Shown here in pieces: positions 25,551 through 37,416 of a DNA stretch of 64,000 nt (position 1 is the stretch's first letter; every line of letters starts with the position of its first letter). The notes below the pieces were generated by a model. That model searched no databases, was not told where the DNA came from, and was given only the letters and a program-made list of their open reading frames with translations. The position numbers and the translations under genes are program-made. Origin of the DNA: Rhizodiscina lignyota (Eukaryota). Location of the stretch: assembly GCA_010015805.1 (NCBI GenBank), contig ML978123.1:2728001-2792000 (forward strand), written 5' to 3'.

Positions 25551-26520
25551 AGCTTCGAGGAAATGTGATCAGGCTTATGTCTTCGGGGTCAGACGACGTG
25601 CATCTTGTAGCCAATCCTGGTGCAAGACACGGGCTAGGAAGTTTTGTCTTTTTTCTCCTTTTTCCCTTTTTCTCAGCATGCCCAGTCCCGTCTGTGGCTG
25701 GGCTGGGACTGTGTTTGTCTGCATATTCTGGCGTCCTGTTGCCATTTTGTCACTTCAGCGGCATTCTCTCCCCTCACCTCATCCCTCTGCGCACCTGCTC
25801 TTTGTACAATATTTTGAAGGCTGAAAAGCTCCTTTTGGTGGGATCCATCGGGCCGGGTTTGCTGGGTACATTGGACGGGAAGTACATAGAAGGCTAGACG
25901 TTTGTATATAGCTAAACTCCCTGCTTCAGATGCGTGTGGATCTCCTACCATCCACCCTCCATTAGCTCCACTGCTGTGTAGAGTTGACCGTCGAGACCGA
26001 ACGTGTCCATGGTCATTAGCATCTCCCTAGGATTCCACAGGATCGTCGATCAGCAAAAATGAATGCGATCATCGAGGACGAACTGGTTCTGCTTGCATAT
26101 GAGAACTGCTTCACCAGCATCCCTTAATCTGTGGCAGCTACCTAGACGTGGTAAGGGTGCGCGAGCCACTACGGATAGCGTCAAATTTCCTTTGAACGGG
26201 GAGAGCCCAACTACGGTGAAGAATTAAGCGGAGGATACAAGAGCATCGCTCAAGAGTGTCGCACCCATATGCTCAAACATTACTGGTTTTGATTTACTCT
26301 CCAGCTATCATCGCACTGCCTAGCGAGTGTAGTGTTACACGATCCCGGCCCCAGATTGACCGCCCATGTCAGATTTCCCCTCCACTGTGCGCTCATTCGG
26401 CGCCTATATGCTGTGTGGTGTGTATATCGGTATCATATCGTATCGTCATCAAACCCAAACTCCCAGCCATGCATGACAAGCAAACAAAAAAACGAAAGAC
26501 AATCTTCCTCGATGTGCTTT

Positions 26521-29349
26521 TCACCTCGTCAACCCAGCCGCACTCCCCGCGCTCAGCTCGTCCACACGGTCAAGATACTTCCACCCCTCCAACTGCACAC
26601 TACTCCGCCTCTTCCCGCCAAACGTGCTCCGCTTGCTTGCTGTGCTGTCAGAGCGCTGCAGGCTGGGGCTGTTCCCCATGCCCTTCTTTTTGAACACGCT
26701 GAGCGAGTAGCCTAGCAGCTCCGGACGGTCCAGGTCAAAGGGGTCGTTGCTGACGCGCGTGGTCCTTCTGGTGTCGGGCATTGGGCTCCTACTGCTAGCC
26801 ATAGGGCCGTTCAGCATGGTGAAGCCGGGGTAGGCTTGTGTGCCGGGGCGAGTGGGGCCCGGCTCGCCGAGCTCCAGGGAGGCAGCGTCGTCGAAGAAGG
26901 TGCCTTCTGCGCTACGGCGGGATACCGCTGATGCTGTGGAGGTTGAGCGCGCGATCCCTATGCCCATATTGCCAGGTTTGGACGCCGTGGCTACTTGAGA
27001 CTTAGATTGAGACGCGGGATTGTAGTTGAAGGGGTCGTATGTTGTCCGTTTGTACCCATTGCTCGCGTCACTGGTGTTGCGGCTCATGCCTAAGGATGCC
27101 TGTGTGATGGGACTGAGGGTCACAGAACTGTTATTGATGCTGGAGTCATAAGCGATTGTTTGAGCCTTGATCACGATTGAAGACGTGATAGAAGAGACAC
27201 TGCTTCGATTTGATGCACTGGCTCTTGACGGCTGTTCTAGGACTCTGCTGCTTCCTTTGTCGAGGGATGGGCGTGGAGGTGGAAGAAACAGTTCTGGATC
27301 GGAGAACGGATTTGTTGTATATGATCGGCTGTTGTTACGCGAAATTGCGATAGCATTGGCGAGTTCCACTGAGGCACGCTGGAAACCTTCCAGGTCATCC
27401 TGCTCGCGATGGCTGGAGTGTAGACTTCTTCTCGGCACGCTATACAGAGATGACGGTGCGATGGAGGCCTCAGCTTGGCTGACTCCCCTCATTGGATCTT
27501 TGCGGAGCCACTCAAAGTCAAACTGATTAGAGCTCATGCTTTCCTCTGGTGTATCCATGAAAGGATTTTGAGTTTGGGGCTGAAGCGAAACAGAACGGCG
27601 ATGACTGGAGAGTATAGGTGCTGCAGTTTTGGCTGGTTTTTGCACTGTGAAATACGAATCATCCGCCGTAGCCATGGGAGCCGCCAGATTAGGAGTGAAA
27701 TCGTCAGAATTCACGACACGCAACGTTTTCTGGATAGGCGTTACGTTTCCACTGTTCGGATCGTATGGGATCTGGTAATGATTTATTTGACCCGGGCTGT
27801 CGATGCTTCGAGGTCGACCGACGTTCGCGTCTGCAACAGCGATTGGTCTCACAATGGAAATCCTGCTATTATTCTCATTCAGCCAAGCCATGCTCTGCCG
27901 TGGTTCGCTTTGGGATCTCCTGCTTCGATACGCCTGGATTTCGGGGATGGTTGTTGGCGCGGGCTCCGGATCGGCATCTTCGGTCAAGCCAACCCTGGAT
28001 CCGCTTCGTCCTCTAAATTGGCCCTTCAGAGCTGCGAAGAAGCTGAATGGTCTCGATATTGATTCTTTCCAAGCAGACGGTTTGAAAACGTTCCCCGAGC
28101 CAAATGCCCTCTTCTCCTCGTACTGCGGTGGAGGTGGCGTGTGGACCTCCACAAATCTGTTTCGAAATATTCTGCGTTTTATACAGAAGAAAAGCAGGGC
28201 AGAAATGACGAGAAGAGCAACCACTCCGCTTACGCTGCCTACCGCAATGGCAACCGTGTTGGAACCCGAACCGCTACTCTGATGGTCCGCAGAGGAGTCA
28301 TGATTGGAGGGATCATGAGTTTCCGATGGTGATACACCAGCGCTTGGAGGCGACAATACACTTGCGGGAGCTACTGCTGCAGCTGTTGGAGAAGTTGACA
28401 CCGTGGATATTGATGAAGAGATGCTTGGATCTATTATCGGCTGTGCTGTGGGTGGGGGTGAGGATCCCGGTAGAGGAGCAGATGATGAAGTCGGGAGCGC
28501 TGAAGACGACTCTGTTGGGACAGGTATTATTGGAGAAACTTCGGTTGATACGGAAGAAGTCGGTGCTGTATCAGGAAGTGCGGTTGGCTCTGAATCAGGG
28601 AGCGCTGTTGGTTCTGAATCCGGAAGTGCAGTGAATGGCTGTGGAGAACTGGCCGGCACAGCAGATGGCACATTTGACGACCGAACAGGTTGCGAAGAAC
28701 TCGATGAAGGAGTAGCGGAATCAACGCTTGAAATGGACGACTGCGAGCTTGGCGAGGGGAGAATAGCCGGTACTGGTGTCTGCGAGCTCGGAGTCGGAGT
28801 CGGAGAGGCGCTTGCTGGCGGCGTGGATGAACTTGGTGGTGGTTGGGAAACTACCGAAGTGGATGGTTGAGTGGATGATTGTGTAGATGGAGAAGCTGCT
28901 GCAGGTGTGAGTGCAGGATCTTGGATGGATGGTTGCTGAGAAGCAGCAGCAGAACCTGGATGAGTAGGCGGCGGGGAAGGAGGAGGGGTAACAGTGGTTG
29001 TGATGGGGAATGGTGGAGGAGTGCTGCTCGCCAAATGTGAAGAGGTTTGTGAAGATATTATAGTACTAGATGACTTCGAGGAAGACGTACTCGATGAAGA
29101 TGATGGTAATGATGATGTGGATGTGGATGTGGTACTAGATGAGGAAGAAGACGATGATGAGGTGGAGGATGATGATGAAGACGACGATGAAGATGCACTG
29201 GCAGCTTGAGCTTGAGCCATACCAGAAGACGACACAGTCGTACTGACTATCGAAGTCGTCGTAAGTTCTGTGGTCGCAGTGACTGCTGTGCCCGCCCGGC
29301 GGACTTTCGTACACCGTTGGCCATTGAAGGTGGTGATGGAAGATGCCAT
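26521..29349 (-). CDS. Ser/Thr/Pro-rich (mucin-like) single-pass membrane protein
   Basis: ~940-aa ORF: S/T/P-rich N-terminal region, TM VAIAVGSVSGVVALLVISALLFFCI followed by KRR, long disordered tail. Confidence 0.85.
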   Translation of the reverse strand: MASSITTFNGQRCTKVRRAGTAVTATTELTTTSIVSTTVSSSGMAQAQAASASSSSSSSSSSTSSSSSSSSSTTSTSTSSLPSSSSSTSSSKSSSTIISSQTSSHLASSTPPPFPITTTVTPPPSPPPTHPGSAAASQQPSIQDPALTPAAASPSTQSSTQPSTSVVSQPPPSSSTPPASASPTPTPSSQTPVPAILPSPSSQSSISSVDSATPSSSSSQPVRSSNVPSAVPASSPQPFTALPDSEPTALPDSEPTALPDTAPTSSVSTEVSPIIPVPTESSSALPTSSSAPLPGSSPPPTAQPIIDPSISSSISTVSTSPTAAAVAPASVLSPPSAGVSPSETHDPSNHDSSADHQSSGSGSNTVAIAVGSVSGVVALLVISALLFFCIKRRIFRNRFVEVHTPPPPQYEEKRAFGSGNVFKPSAWKESISRPFSFFAALKGQFRGRSGSRVGLTEDADPEPAPTTIPEIQAYRSRRSQSEPRQSMAWLNENNSRISIVRPIAVADANVGRPRSIDSPGQINHYQIPYDPNSGNVTPIQKTLRVVNSDDFTPNLAAPMATADDSYFTVQKPAKTAAPILSSHRRSVSLQPQTQNPFMDTPEESMSSNQFDFEWLRKDPMRGVSQAEASIAPSSLYSVPRRSLHSSHREQDDLEGFQRASVELANAIAISRNNSRSYTTNPFSDPELFLPPPRPSLDKGSSRVLEQPSRASASNRSSVSSITSSIVIKAQTIAYDSSINNSSVTLSPITQASLGMSRNTSDASNGYKRTTYDPFNYNPASQSKSQVATASKPGNMGIGIARSTSTASAVSRRSAEGTFFDDAASLELGEPGPTRPGTQAYPGFTMLNGPMASSRSPMPDTRRTTRVSNDPFDLDRPELLGYSLSVFKKKGMGNSPSLQRSDSTASKRSTFGGKRRSSVQLEGWKYLDRVDELSAGSAAGLTR
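28561..28632 (-). repeat. Coding tandem repeat, 3 x 24 nt (TALPDSEP TALPDSEP TALPDTAP)
   Basis: Read directly in the translation and DNA. Confidence 0.85.
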
Positions 29350-30290
29350 GGTGAGCACCCGGGCTCTCCAAGCACCATCACCACGAGAGAGGGGAAATGA
29401 AGGGGAGGGCGAGCAGGACCCAAAACTCAGGATCTTGCGTGGCAGGACATAGTATACTTAATTAAAAAAGGTTTCCGCGCCTGCGCAGTCGATCCTCAAA
29501 CAGGAGGGGGTTTGCAGCAGGTGCGTGGGTTGTGTGGGCAAAAGGAAGGATACAAGCTGGAAACGAGCATCACGACGCAGAAGGAAAAGTCAAACGCAGA
29601 GAGCGAGGAAGCCGGCGTCGAAAGGGCACAGGGCTAGGGAGATACAAGCAGTGTCCGGAGTGCACGAGGCCGGCAAAAGTCGAGTGGGTTACGATGTGGC
29701 CGCTGGCGCTGTCCGAGTTTCACCTTGTGTCCGGGAGCGTGGTCCTGAAGCAGCGACATCCATACAATCCCCAAAGCAGCCAGTCGGCTAGCCGCCTGCG
29801 ACAGGCCATATATTGAGCAGCAGCAAGTATCGCCACTCCTGTTCGCAGCGCTCCGGCTGGGCGTTTGAGGTCAGCAGCGAGGTCGCGATCAGGAACCGAT
29901 CGGTCCCAAGTGGAGGAGTCGATGGATGCCGATATTCGACAGCTGCCGCCGAGCCATGCCATGCAAACAGGCGAGAGGGTTAAGGACGAGCCTCTCGTTT
30001 ATGCTCGACCAAGCAAACGAAAGCTGGGCCAGCCTTCTTGCAAGCTTCGCAGTGCAATTGTGAGGACCTGTTCATGGGACCTGTCGTGATGGTGAGGAGG
30101 CAGGCATGCAGAAGAAGACCCCAAATATGCAGGCGAAAAGGATTCTGCGGCCCCTGCTGCGACCGGCCGCCGCACCTCTTGGCCTCCCTAGTCAGGTCCC
30201 AATTGCTTTTGCCGCCAATCACCACACTCCTTCAAACTGTGCTGCCCACTACCATCTGATGGAACTGGCCTTTTTCGTAGCCGCCCGGCC

Positions 30291-32288
30291 ATGACAAAGT
30301 CAGAGCCTGTGCGCTCACTATTGTTTCAATCCCTCTCCTCCAGACCTAATACCCTATTCAGCCGGCCCATCTGCCACTCATGTTGTCGTAAGCTGGCCGG
30401 CAGGAGTGCCCTATATGCGAGGGGCGGTGGTATATCGTTTCCTACTCGGACGCTTCAAACACAGGCGTTACTTGAGGAGGTAGTCCCCTTCAGGAAGCAG
30501 CTCAAAGATGAAGCAAAGAGGAAGAGAGCCGCCCTGAGCGGCAATGGTGCGAAGAAGAAGAGCACCGATAAGGAATTGATCTCCAACTGGGAGTTGACCG
30601 TCGGTATCGAGCTCCATGCGGAACTCAACACCGCGAAGAAACTGTTTTCGAGCGCTGCAACGTCTATTAGCGATGAGCCGAATAGCCATGTGGCGCTATT
30701 CGATGCTGCGTTCCCGGGGAGCCAACCTCATTTCCAAAAGGAGACTCTCCTACCAGCCCTGAGGGCGGCTATAGCTCTCAATTGTAAGATTCAACGTAGG
30801 AGCACATTTGATCGAAAGCACTACTTCTATCAAGACCAACCTGCTGGATATCAAATTACGCAATATTACGGTAAGAATTTCTAAAGTCAACGTCAGTCCC
30901 TACATGGACAGCCACCTACAGTACTATCAAGTTATCAAGTTATCGAGTTATCAAAATCTAAGAATACTGACATCCATACTTCTCCAGAGCCCTTCGCCAA
31001 AGATGGCCACATCACACTCTACACGCACGATGGCATCGATCCGGCCGACGCCCCGAGCATCACCATCCCAATCAAGCAAATCCAGATGGAGCAGGACACC
31101 GCCAAGACACTGTACCAACCACCTTCCACCTACCTTCTCGACTTCAATCGCGTCTCCCACCCACTCATCGAGATCATCTCTATGCCTGCGATCCACCATC
31201 CCGCCACCGCCGCCGCATACGTGCGCAAGATTCAAAGCATACTCAAGAGCGTGGATGCTGCAACAGCGGGGATGGAGGTTGGCGGGCTGAGGGCGGATGT
31301 CAATGTCTCGATCAGGCGACGTAAGGATCAGCATGGAGAAGATGAGCGTGCGGGACATTCATACAGTGGCTTCAAAGGACTAGGCCAACGGACAGAGATC
31401 AAGAACCTGTCCTCTCTCCGCGCTGTCTCGGATGCCATTGCCATCGAACGTAGTCGCCAGATCGCGGTCCTTGAATCTGGCGGCACGATCGAGGGCGAGA
31501 CACGCGGCTTCACGTTGGGTAGCAGCGAGACGAGGAAACTCCGCAGCAAGGAGGGCGAGATTGACTATCGCTACATGCCGGATCCAGATATCGCACCCGT
31601 CGTCATTGGAGAAGACTTAGTACAGCATTTGAGAGACACGCTTCCAGCACTGCCAGACGATGTTATGGACAGCTTGGTGAAGGACGGAGTCAGCATGAAA
31701 GACGCCAAGACTCTCCTCTCTCTTGAGGACGGAGACCGATTGGATTATTACTATGATGTCGTGCACGAACTCACCATTATTTTTGAAATCGACGGTAAAA
31801 AGCCCCCTAAGAAGATGGGTAGAATAGTCGCCAATTGGGTGATCCACGAGCTGGGCGCTCTTCTCACCACCACGGAGTCCAACTTCACTCCTGATCTCGT
31901 TCCGGCATCATCATTAGCTCTCATCTTGGAACCCCTGCTCCACAAACAGATCACCAACGATATTGCACGTTTCCTATTCTCCCGCAATTTGCACTGGGCA
32001 CACTCTCGAGAACCGATACCATCTGTCCCAGAAATCATAGACGCCGAAGGTCTCCGTCTTCAATCACTCTCTGAAGCCGTCTATGAACAGATTGCTAAGC
32101 CATTACTGGATGAGAATCCCAAGATGGTGAAGGCAATCAAAGAGAAAGGGCAGACCGGAAAGATCATGTGGTTCGTGGGGCAGATGATGCGCGGTAGTGA
32201 TGAAGGCAAGCAGGGCAAGCTTGAGGCGAAGAGAGCTGAGGAGGTTGTGAGGAGACTGATTGGTGTCGAGGGTGGGAAGGAGAGATAG
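30291..32288 (+). CDS. PET112: Mitochondrial glutamyl-tRNA(Gln) amidotransferase subunit B (GatB)
   Basis: [30 protein letters not shown], intron 30871-30987, [30 protein letters not shown]. Confidence 0.95.
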
Positions 32289-32414
32289 GTTCTGATACCC
32301 TGTACAAGTAATGCAGATGAAAAAGGACTTTCCATCCCGGGCTGAAGATATTTTTATGTACAGTACTCTCCGTTGTGAGGCGCCTACCACGCACGTAGCC
32401 TGCCCCTACCTCTC

Positions 32415-34351
32415 TTACGCTGGTAGAAGGCTAGTATCGTCCTCAGATTCCAGCCCCGGATCGTCTAGCGCGAGGTCCTCGTCTCGACTCTCGCTCTTGG
32501 ATCTAGCGTCTCTCCATCTCCCTCTCCTCCGGTCCTCCTCGCTCATCTCCCTCGCTCGCTTCCAACTCGCGCTGTCGGGATAGCCCCAACTCCACGCCTC
32601 CCTCTCCAAATCAAGCCCATCCCCGCCGACACTACTGTGCCTCCTCCCACACTCCCTTTCCCATCTCCTCCCCTTCAAACCCCCTTGAAGGTACCCCCCA
32701 TACCCCGCGCTCGCCCGTCTCCCGCTCTCCATCCACAGCCTCCCTTCGTCGATCTCGTCGAACGCCGTCTGCCGCAGATACTCCTCCGCGGTCAACATAT
32801 CCAGTGCGCCGCTCTCTCTACTCGAAACATCGTCGTCAATGCCCTGGATATCCCCCAAGCCTTCAGCTGCAGAATGCGCAGTGAGTAGTGCCGCTGACGA
32901 GGAGCGGCGGATGTGCCGTGCCCAGCGGGAGATGTGCGGGAAGGTGCCTGTGCGGTTGTGCGGCTGGACGTGCGCAAAGGGCGAGAGGCGCTCGTTTTCA
33001 GAGGAGCTGGCGTCTCCGTGGGGCAGGGTGGTGAATTGGTTGTCCTTGGGCCGGAGGGTGCGGTGGGGTGTGGAGACGGTGTTGATCAGTCCGGGAGTAG
33101 GGTTATTTGGCAGTGATGGCAACGATTTAGAGCGGCGCAGCTTCAGTTGGCGCTTCTGCTGCAGCGGAAGGGATATGTGGAATGGGTTGATGGAGACGTT
33201 GGTGACTTTGCGGAGGTTGTGCGAGGTCTTCACAATGCCGCCGCGGACAGCTGTGGTGATATTCCTTCCTTGGAACGGTGTTTGATTGTCTAGGGCCTTC
33301 GATTTACCATGATTTTGCTGTTGGTTTGTATACGCCGATAGGTCTGGCAGGGTCGATTTTCGAAAGGGTCTCGGAGGACTTGAGGGTTGATACGGGCCTG
33401 GAGGGAAGCGGGTGATTGAGTCTTGTCGTCGAGCCTCGACGACTTCTTCTGGTTTTAATGGGGTTTCTTTGATCCAGTTCAGAAAGTCCTCGAGCGATTC
33501 TACCCTATCCGCTTCCGCCTCTAGCTTCTTAAGCGAGCGTCGACGGCTAACTTCCTCCGCCAACTGCTCTTCGCGTAATGGAATGGCCGTGAGTGCCGGC
33601 CACGCTTGGGCATCAGAGTTTTCGCGAGCGTGGTATCCACTTGCAGGGGAGAAGCGGTATTGGGAGTGCAACCTGAGGCTAGTTATGACTTTCGAACGAT
33701 CCGTATATAGAGCGCTGGGAAGCGAGGAGACAGCAGAGTCGTGCGGAGTGGTGAAGCAGGAGGCGAGGAGTTGTACGGCGACCTGCTGCAGCTCGATAGC
33801 CTCGAGCTCCTCGGATTCATACATCTTCGGTGAGAGGAGGTGGAGAGAGGATGACGACGCAGATTGACCGGGTGTGCGACCCTGAAGCAACATTAACATT
33901 GCGGAACGAAGAACATTGTGACCATTCCAGCGCAGACTTGACCACGCTTTTCGATTTTATTCGCACGTCTTAGAGATGCAGTCCAGTGCCAGTCTTGCTC
34001 AGTCAGCCTTGCCCATTCCGCAATCTCTTGAGCAATGGCTTCATCGTTCCCCATCGACTCGAGATTATTATTGTTGACAGCATTGCTGACATTGACCATC
34101 GAAGTGGTACCATCCGATGCAACGAATGTTCGGCGTTCGGGGGCGAAGGCCCGCTGACTGAGGTTTACAGCGGCCCTCAGCGATGGCGGCTTGAGCTTCC
34201 ATATTGCAGACTTGGGCTGCGGATGGACGGTAGCTCCGAGTGCTTCGTAGATCGTTAGGGTTTTAGAAGAGTCTGAAGAGACTCGAGTAGGCGTTCGTCG
34301 CGCTCGCGAAAAGAAAAGCCAACGTCGTGTTGAGACTGACGACGAGCTCAT
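32415..34351 (-). CDS. Hypothetical protein (2 exons)
   Basis: 152-aa and 494-aa ORFs join in frame via intron 33882-33937 (GTCTGC...GTTAAT...CAG). No domain recognised. Confidence 0.65.
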
Positions 34352-34854
34352 ACCAAAAAAGTTGTTACGAGAAGACGAGATTTATACAAGCCAGACTTTT
34401 GATGAGCGGAAAGCGCAGGGGAGTCGAATTCTATTATAGGGGCTTCAATTACTACGGCCCGACCACAAATGGTACGAGCAGTGTGAGGTGGACGAAACGA
34501 CAATTAGGATCAATAGGACTGAGGGATGATAGAAAGCGAGCCTGAGACTCAAATGCATCAAGATGAAAAACAGATCGGAAAATGTGGGTTCACTGGTCAA
34601 GCTTGTGGGAGAAGGAGCGCCTTCGCACCCGTCGTAGCTGCCATCGACAGCTGCTCAAGATCGTCTACGAGGGCCTAGAATTCTGTTATTGAAAGATGTT
34701 TGAATATTGTTCATTTCAGCCGGGTATCTATGCAAAGTAATCATTCAAGCAGTCCTCTAAAGTCGTTTCAGAATTTTCATGAAGTCTTTGAAGCCATGAG
34801 TCTTTTCAAGCAAGTCTTCCGAGGTCACGGAGTCTCTGCGGAGCTTATTAGTCT

Positions 34855-36129
34855 CTAAATTCCACCATTATCATGTGACGGAGCTTGCTGATCGCGAGAC
34901 GAAGGCCAGTTCTGCACCACGTTGCTTGGAGGCTCTCCTGGAGGCGTCGTTGAACCAGGGTCATGCGATGCTGAAAGTGGTGGTGCGGCGTTCTCGCCGG
35001 AAGCAGCTCCTGGTGCAGAAGATGCGTCGACTGGGGCAGTTGGTTGAAAGGCGTTTGGTGCATCAGCTGGCGGGAAAAATGCACTGGAAGGAGTAGTTGA
35101 CTGAGGATTCTCCGCCTCAACTGGTGGAGGCGCCGCAGAGGATGAAGGCATGTTAGACTCGCGATCTCGATACAGACCGAATCGTATGTAGCCTCTCACC
35201 CTCCGAGGACGTCCACGTCCTCTTCGTCTCGGGGCGCTTGAGGGCTCAGTTCTAGGAGAGTTGATGTCTGGAATTTCCGCATCCAGCGAATGGGTAATTC
35301 TGGGGGCAGGAGCTTTCGACTGGCGAACTCGTCGTCCCCACGCTCCGCGGCCACGACGCCCACGACGGGTATCCGACGTGTACACGGTGTCCCACTCACC
35401 CTTCCGCTCCTTGATCACGGCGAGCTGTTCAAGGAATGCCGCCTGCCTCTTCTTCGAGTTGTCTGCATCTGCCGGTAGAGCGATCTTGTGATAATCGTCT
35501 ACTGGAAGTTCACTTTGCATCTGGCGCACATGAATATCCGCAGGCATGGCAATAAGTCTTGCCGCTCCCAGGCCAAGCAGGTCGTGCTGTCCTAGGGTGC
35601 GGAGCGGAGCATGTGTGGTGTTGAAGCGCTGATATTCGTTGTGCAGGTCGCGGGCGGGATGCCTTTTCGCGAAATACATGTCTGTGCCAAGCGGCTGTGC
35701 CCAGTGGCAGGTGTAGGCGTTATCGTTGTACTTGACGATGGGGTTGTCCCCATGAAGGTCGATAATCTCAATGCGAGCACGTTGAGGTGGCTCGTCGGCG
35801 ATGCTGGACTCGTCGTCCTCCACGTGGTCTTGGCCGGGAGATGCATTGGCTGCTGTGGCTTGCTCGCCAGGAGACGGCTGCGCTTCTGGCGTTACACCAC
35901 CAGCATTTTTGCCTCGACTCTTTGAGAGGTTGTTGTCACGAAAGACGTCTAAGGTCTTCCCAGGCTTACCAGGCTGGGGATCAGCTGCAAAGTCCAGCGT
36001 GATATAGACATCCTGGGAACGTGGTCAGTCTTGAAGCTGTGGAGGTGCAGTGAATGCTCCCTATCATACCTCAGTTTCCGTGTCATGATATTCGTATTCC
36101 CACTCTGATTCGTCGTCGCTGCCTGCCAT
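34855..36129 (-). CDS. TFIIIC subunit (TFIIIC_sub6 domain) with AT-hook-like RGRP motif
   Basis: Exon 1 MAGSDDESEWEYEYHDTETE, intron 36013-36069, then DVYITLDF. IEIIDLHGDNPIVKY..Y.C.W...LGTDMYF. RRRGRGRPR. Confidence 0.8.
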
Positions 36130-37416
36130 GAAATGCCACCTCGACTCAGGCCTGGAAATTTTGATGAAACAGATGAGTGTGTGAGTTTGTGATGACCCTG
36201 CGCCTGCGGAGATGGAGGAGTGCTCTGCAGAAGAACATGCGTGTGCCGCGGGTCGATGGAAAGGCCGCGCGCGCCTCTTTCACGCCGGCGAAATGTCGGC
36301 AGACGGCCCAGGAGCGATTAATTGGAAAATGAAGCTATTCAGAGAGTTGGATGTGCTGTGGAGCCATGGAGCTCGGCGCACGCTGCTCGAGCATGCAGAC
36401 CCTGCGCCGGCTGGATCTGTCGCCCACCTCCAGCAGATCGCCAACGCCAGACGCAGCCAATGACATCAGACGCTCCGCCCGGGGTGATAGCCGCTTCTCC
36501 ACCACGGCCACTCATCTCACCACGTCGTCGCGGCCAGGCGTTTGAGGAGGAGGATTCCGTTCATACTGATATCGACGCTCAGCAGGGCAAGGCATTCCAC
36601 TTCAATCAGGGCGTGCACCTTGCATCACGCCGCGCAAACCGCCCGTCCGCGCCGTGCATGGTCGTCTGCGGCACTTCGGACTTATCACATCGCAACAGTA
36701 AGTCGCTTTCCCTCGACCCTTCCGCCACCATCCGAATCAGCGCTGCTTCTTCACCCACGCCCCCGGGCAGGAATAGCTCAAACGCTCGAGCTATGCCATG
36801 CTGGTGTCAGATCCGCCTGCGAACAGCCCTGACGGCTGCTTTGTCTAGTCGGCCTTTGCTCGCTTTCTAGGCTCGCGGCGGATTTGCCTCACGCTGGCCA
36901 TTGTCAGCATCCTCCACATCCTCGCTCGCGGGCCCGCTGGCCCTCAACTCTCGTCAATATCGCTTTGCATTTCTCGTTGGCGCATGACACACAGCACTCC
37001 ATAGCTAATCGGCTCTCTCGGCCTTTTATGTAGTGCCAACGCTGCTTCTTCATGGCGGTCAGGTACCGCTGCTGCCGGCTTCAACTTTACTCTGGGTAAC
37101 CGCTCACCCAACCATTACTACTGCTCCGGTAACGCCGGACTCCATCGACAACGTAATTGTCACTTCCCCAAACCCCTCACATTCGTTCGTCAATACAACG
37201 TTGGATCCAGACCCGCTCGCGCACCTCCATCCCATCGTCCGAATAGACCTATACCCATCCTCACAGGTGTCTGCGTCCGATAATACCATCGTATCTGCTT
37301 TAGCATCTCCTACAACACCGCCGTCAGCACTGCATGAGATACCCGAGCAGGCTCAAACCTCGAATTCCTTGGCGTTGGTGGAAGGCGTTCAGACTGCGGA
37401 CTCCGACTCGAAACAA

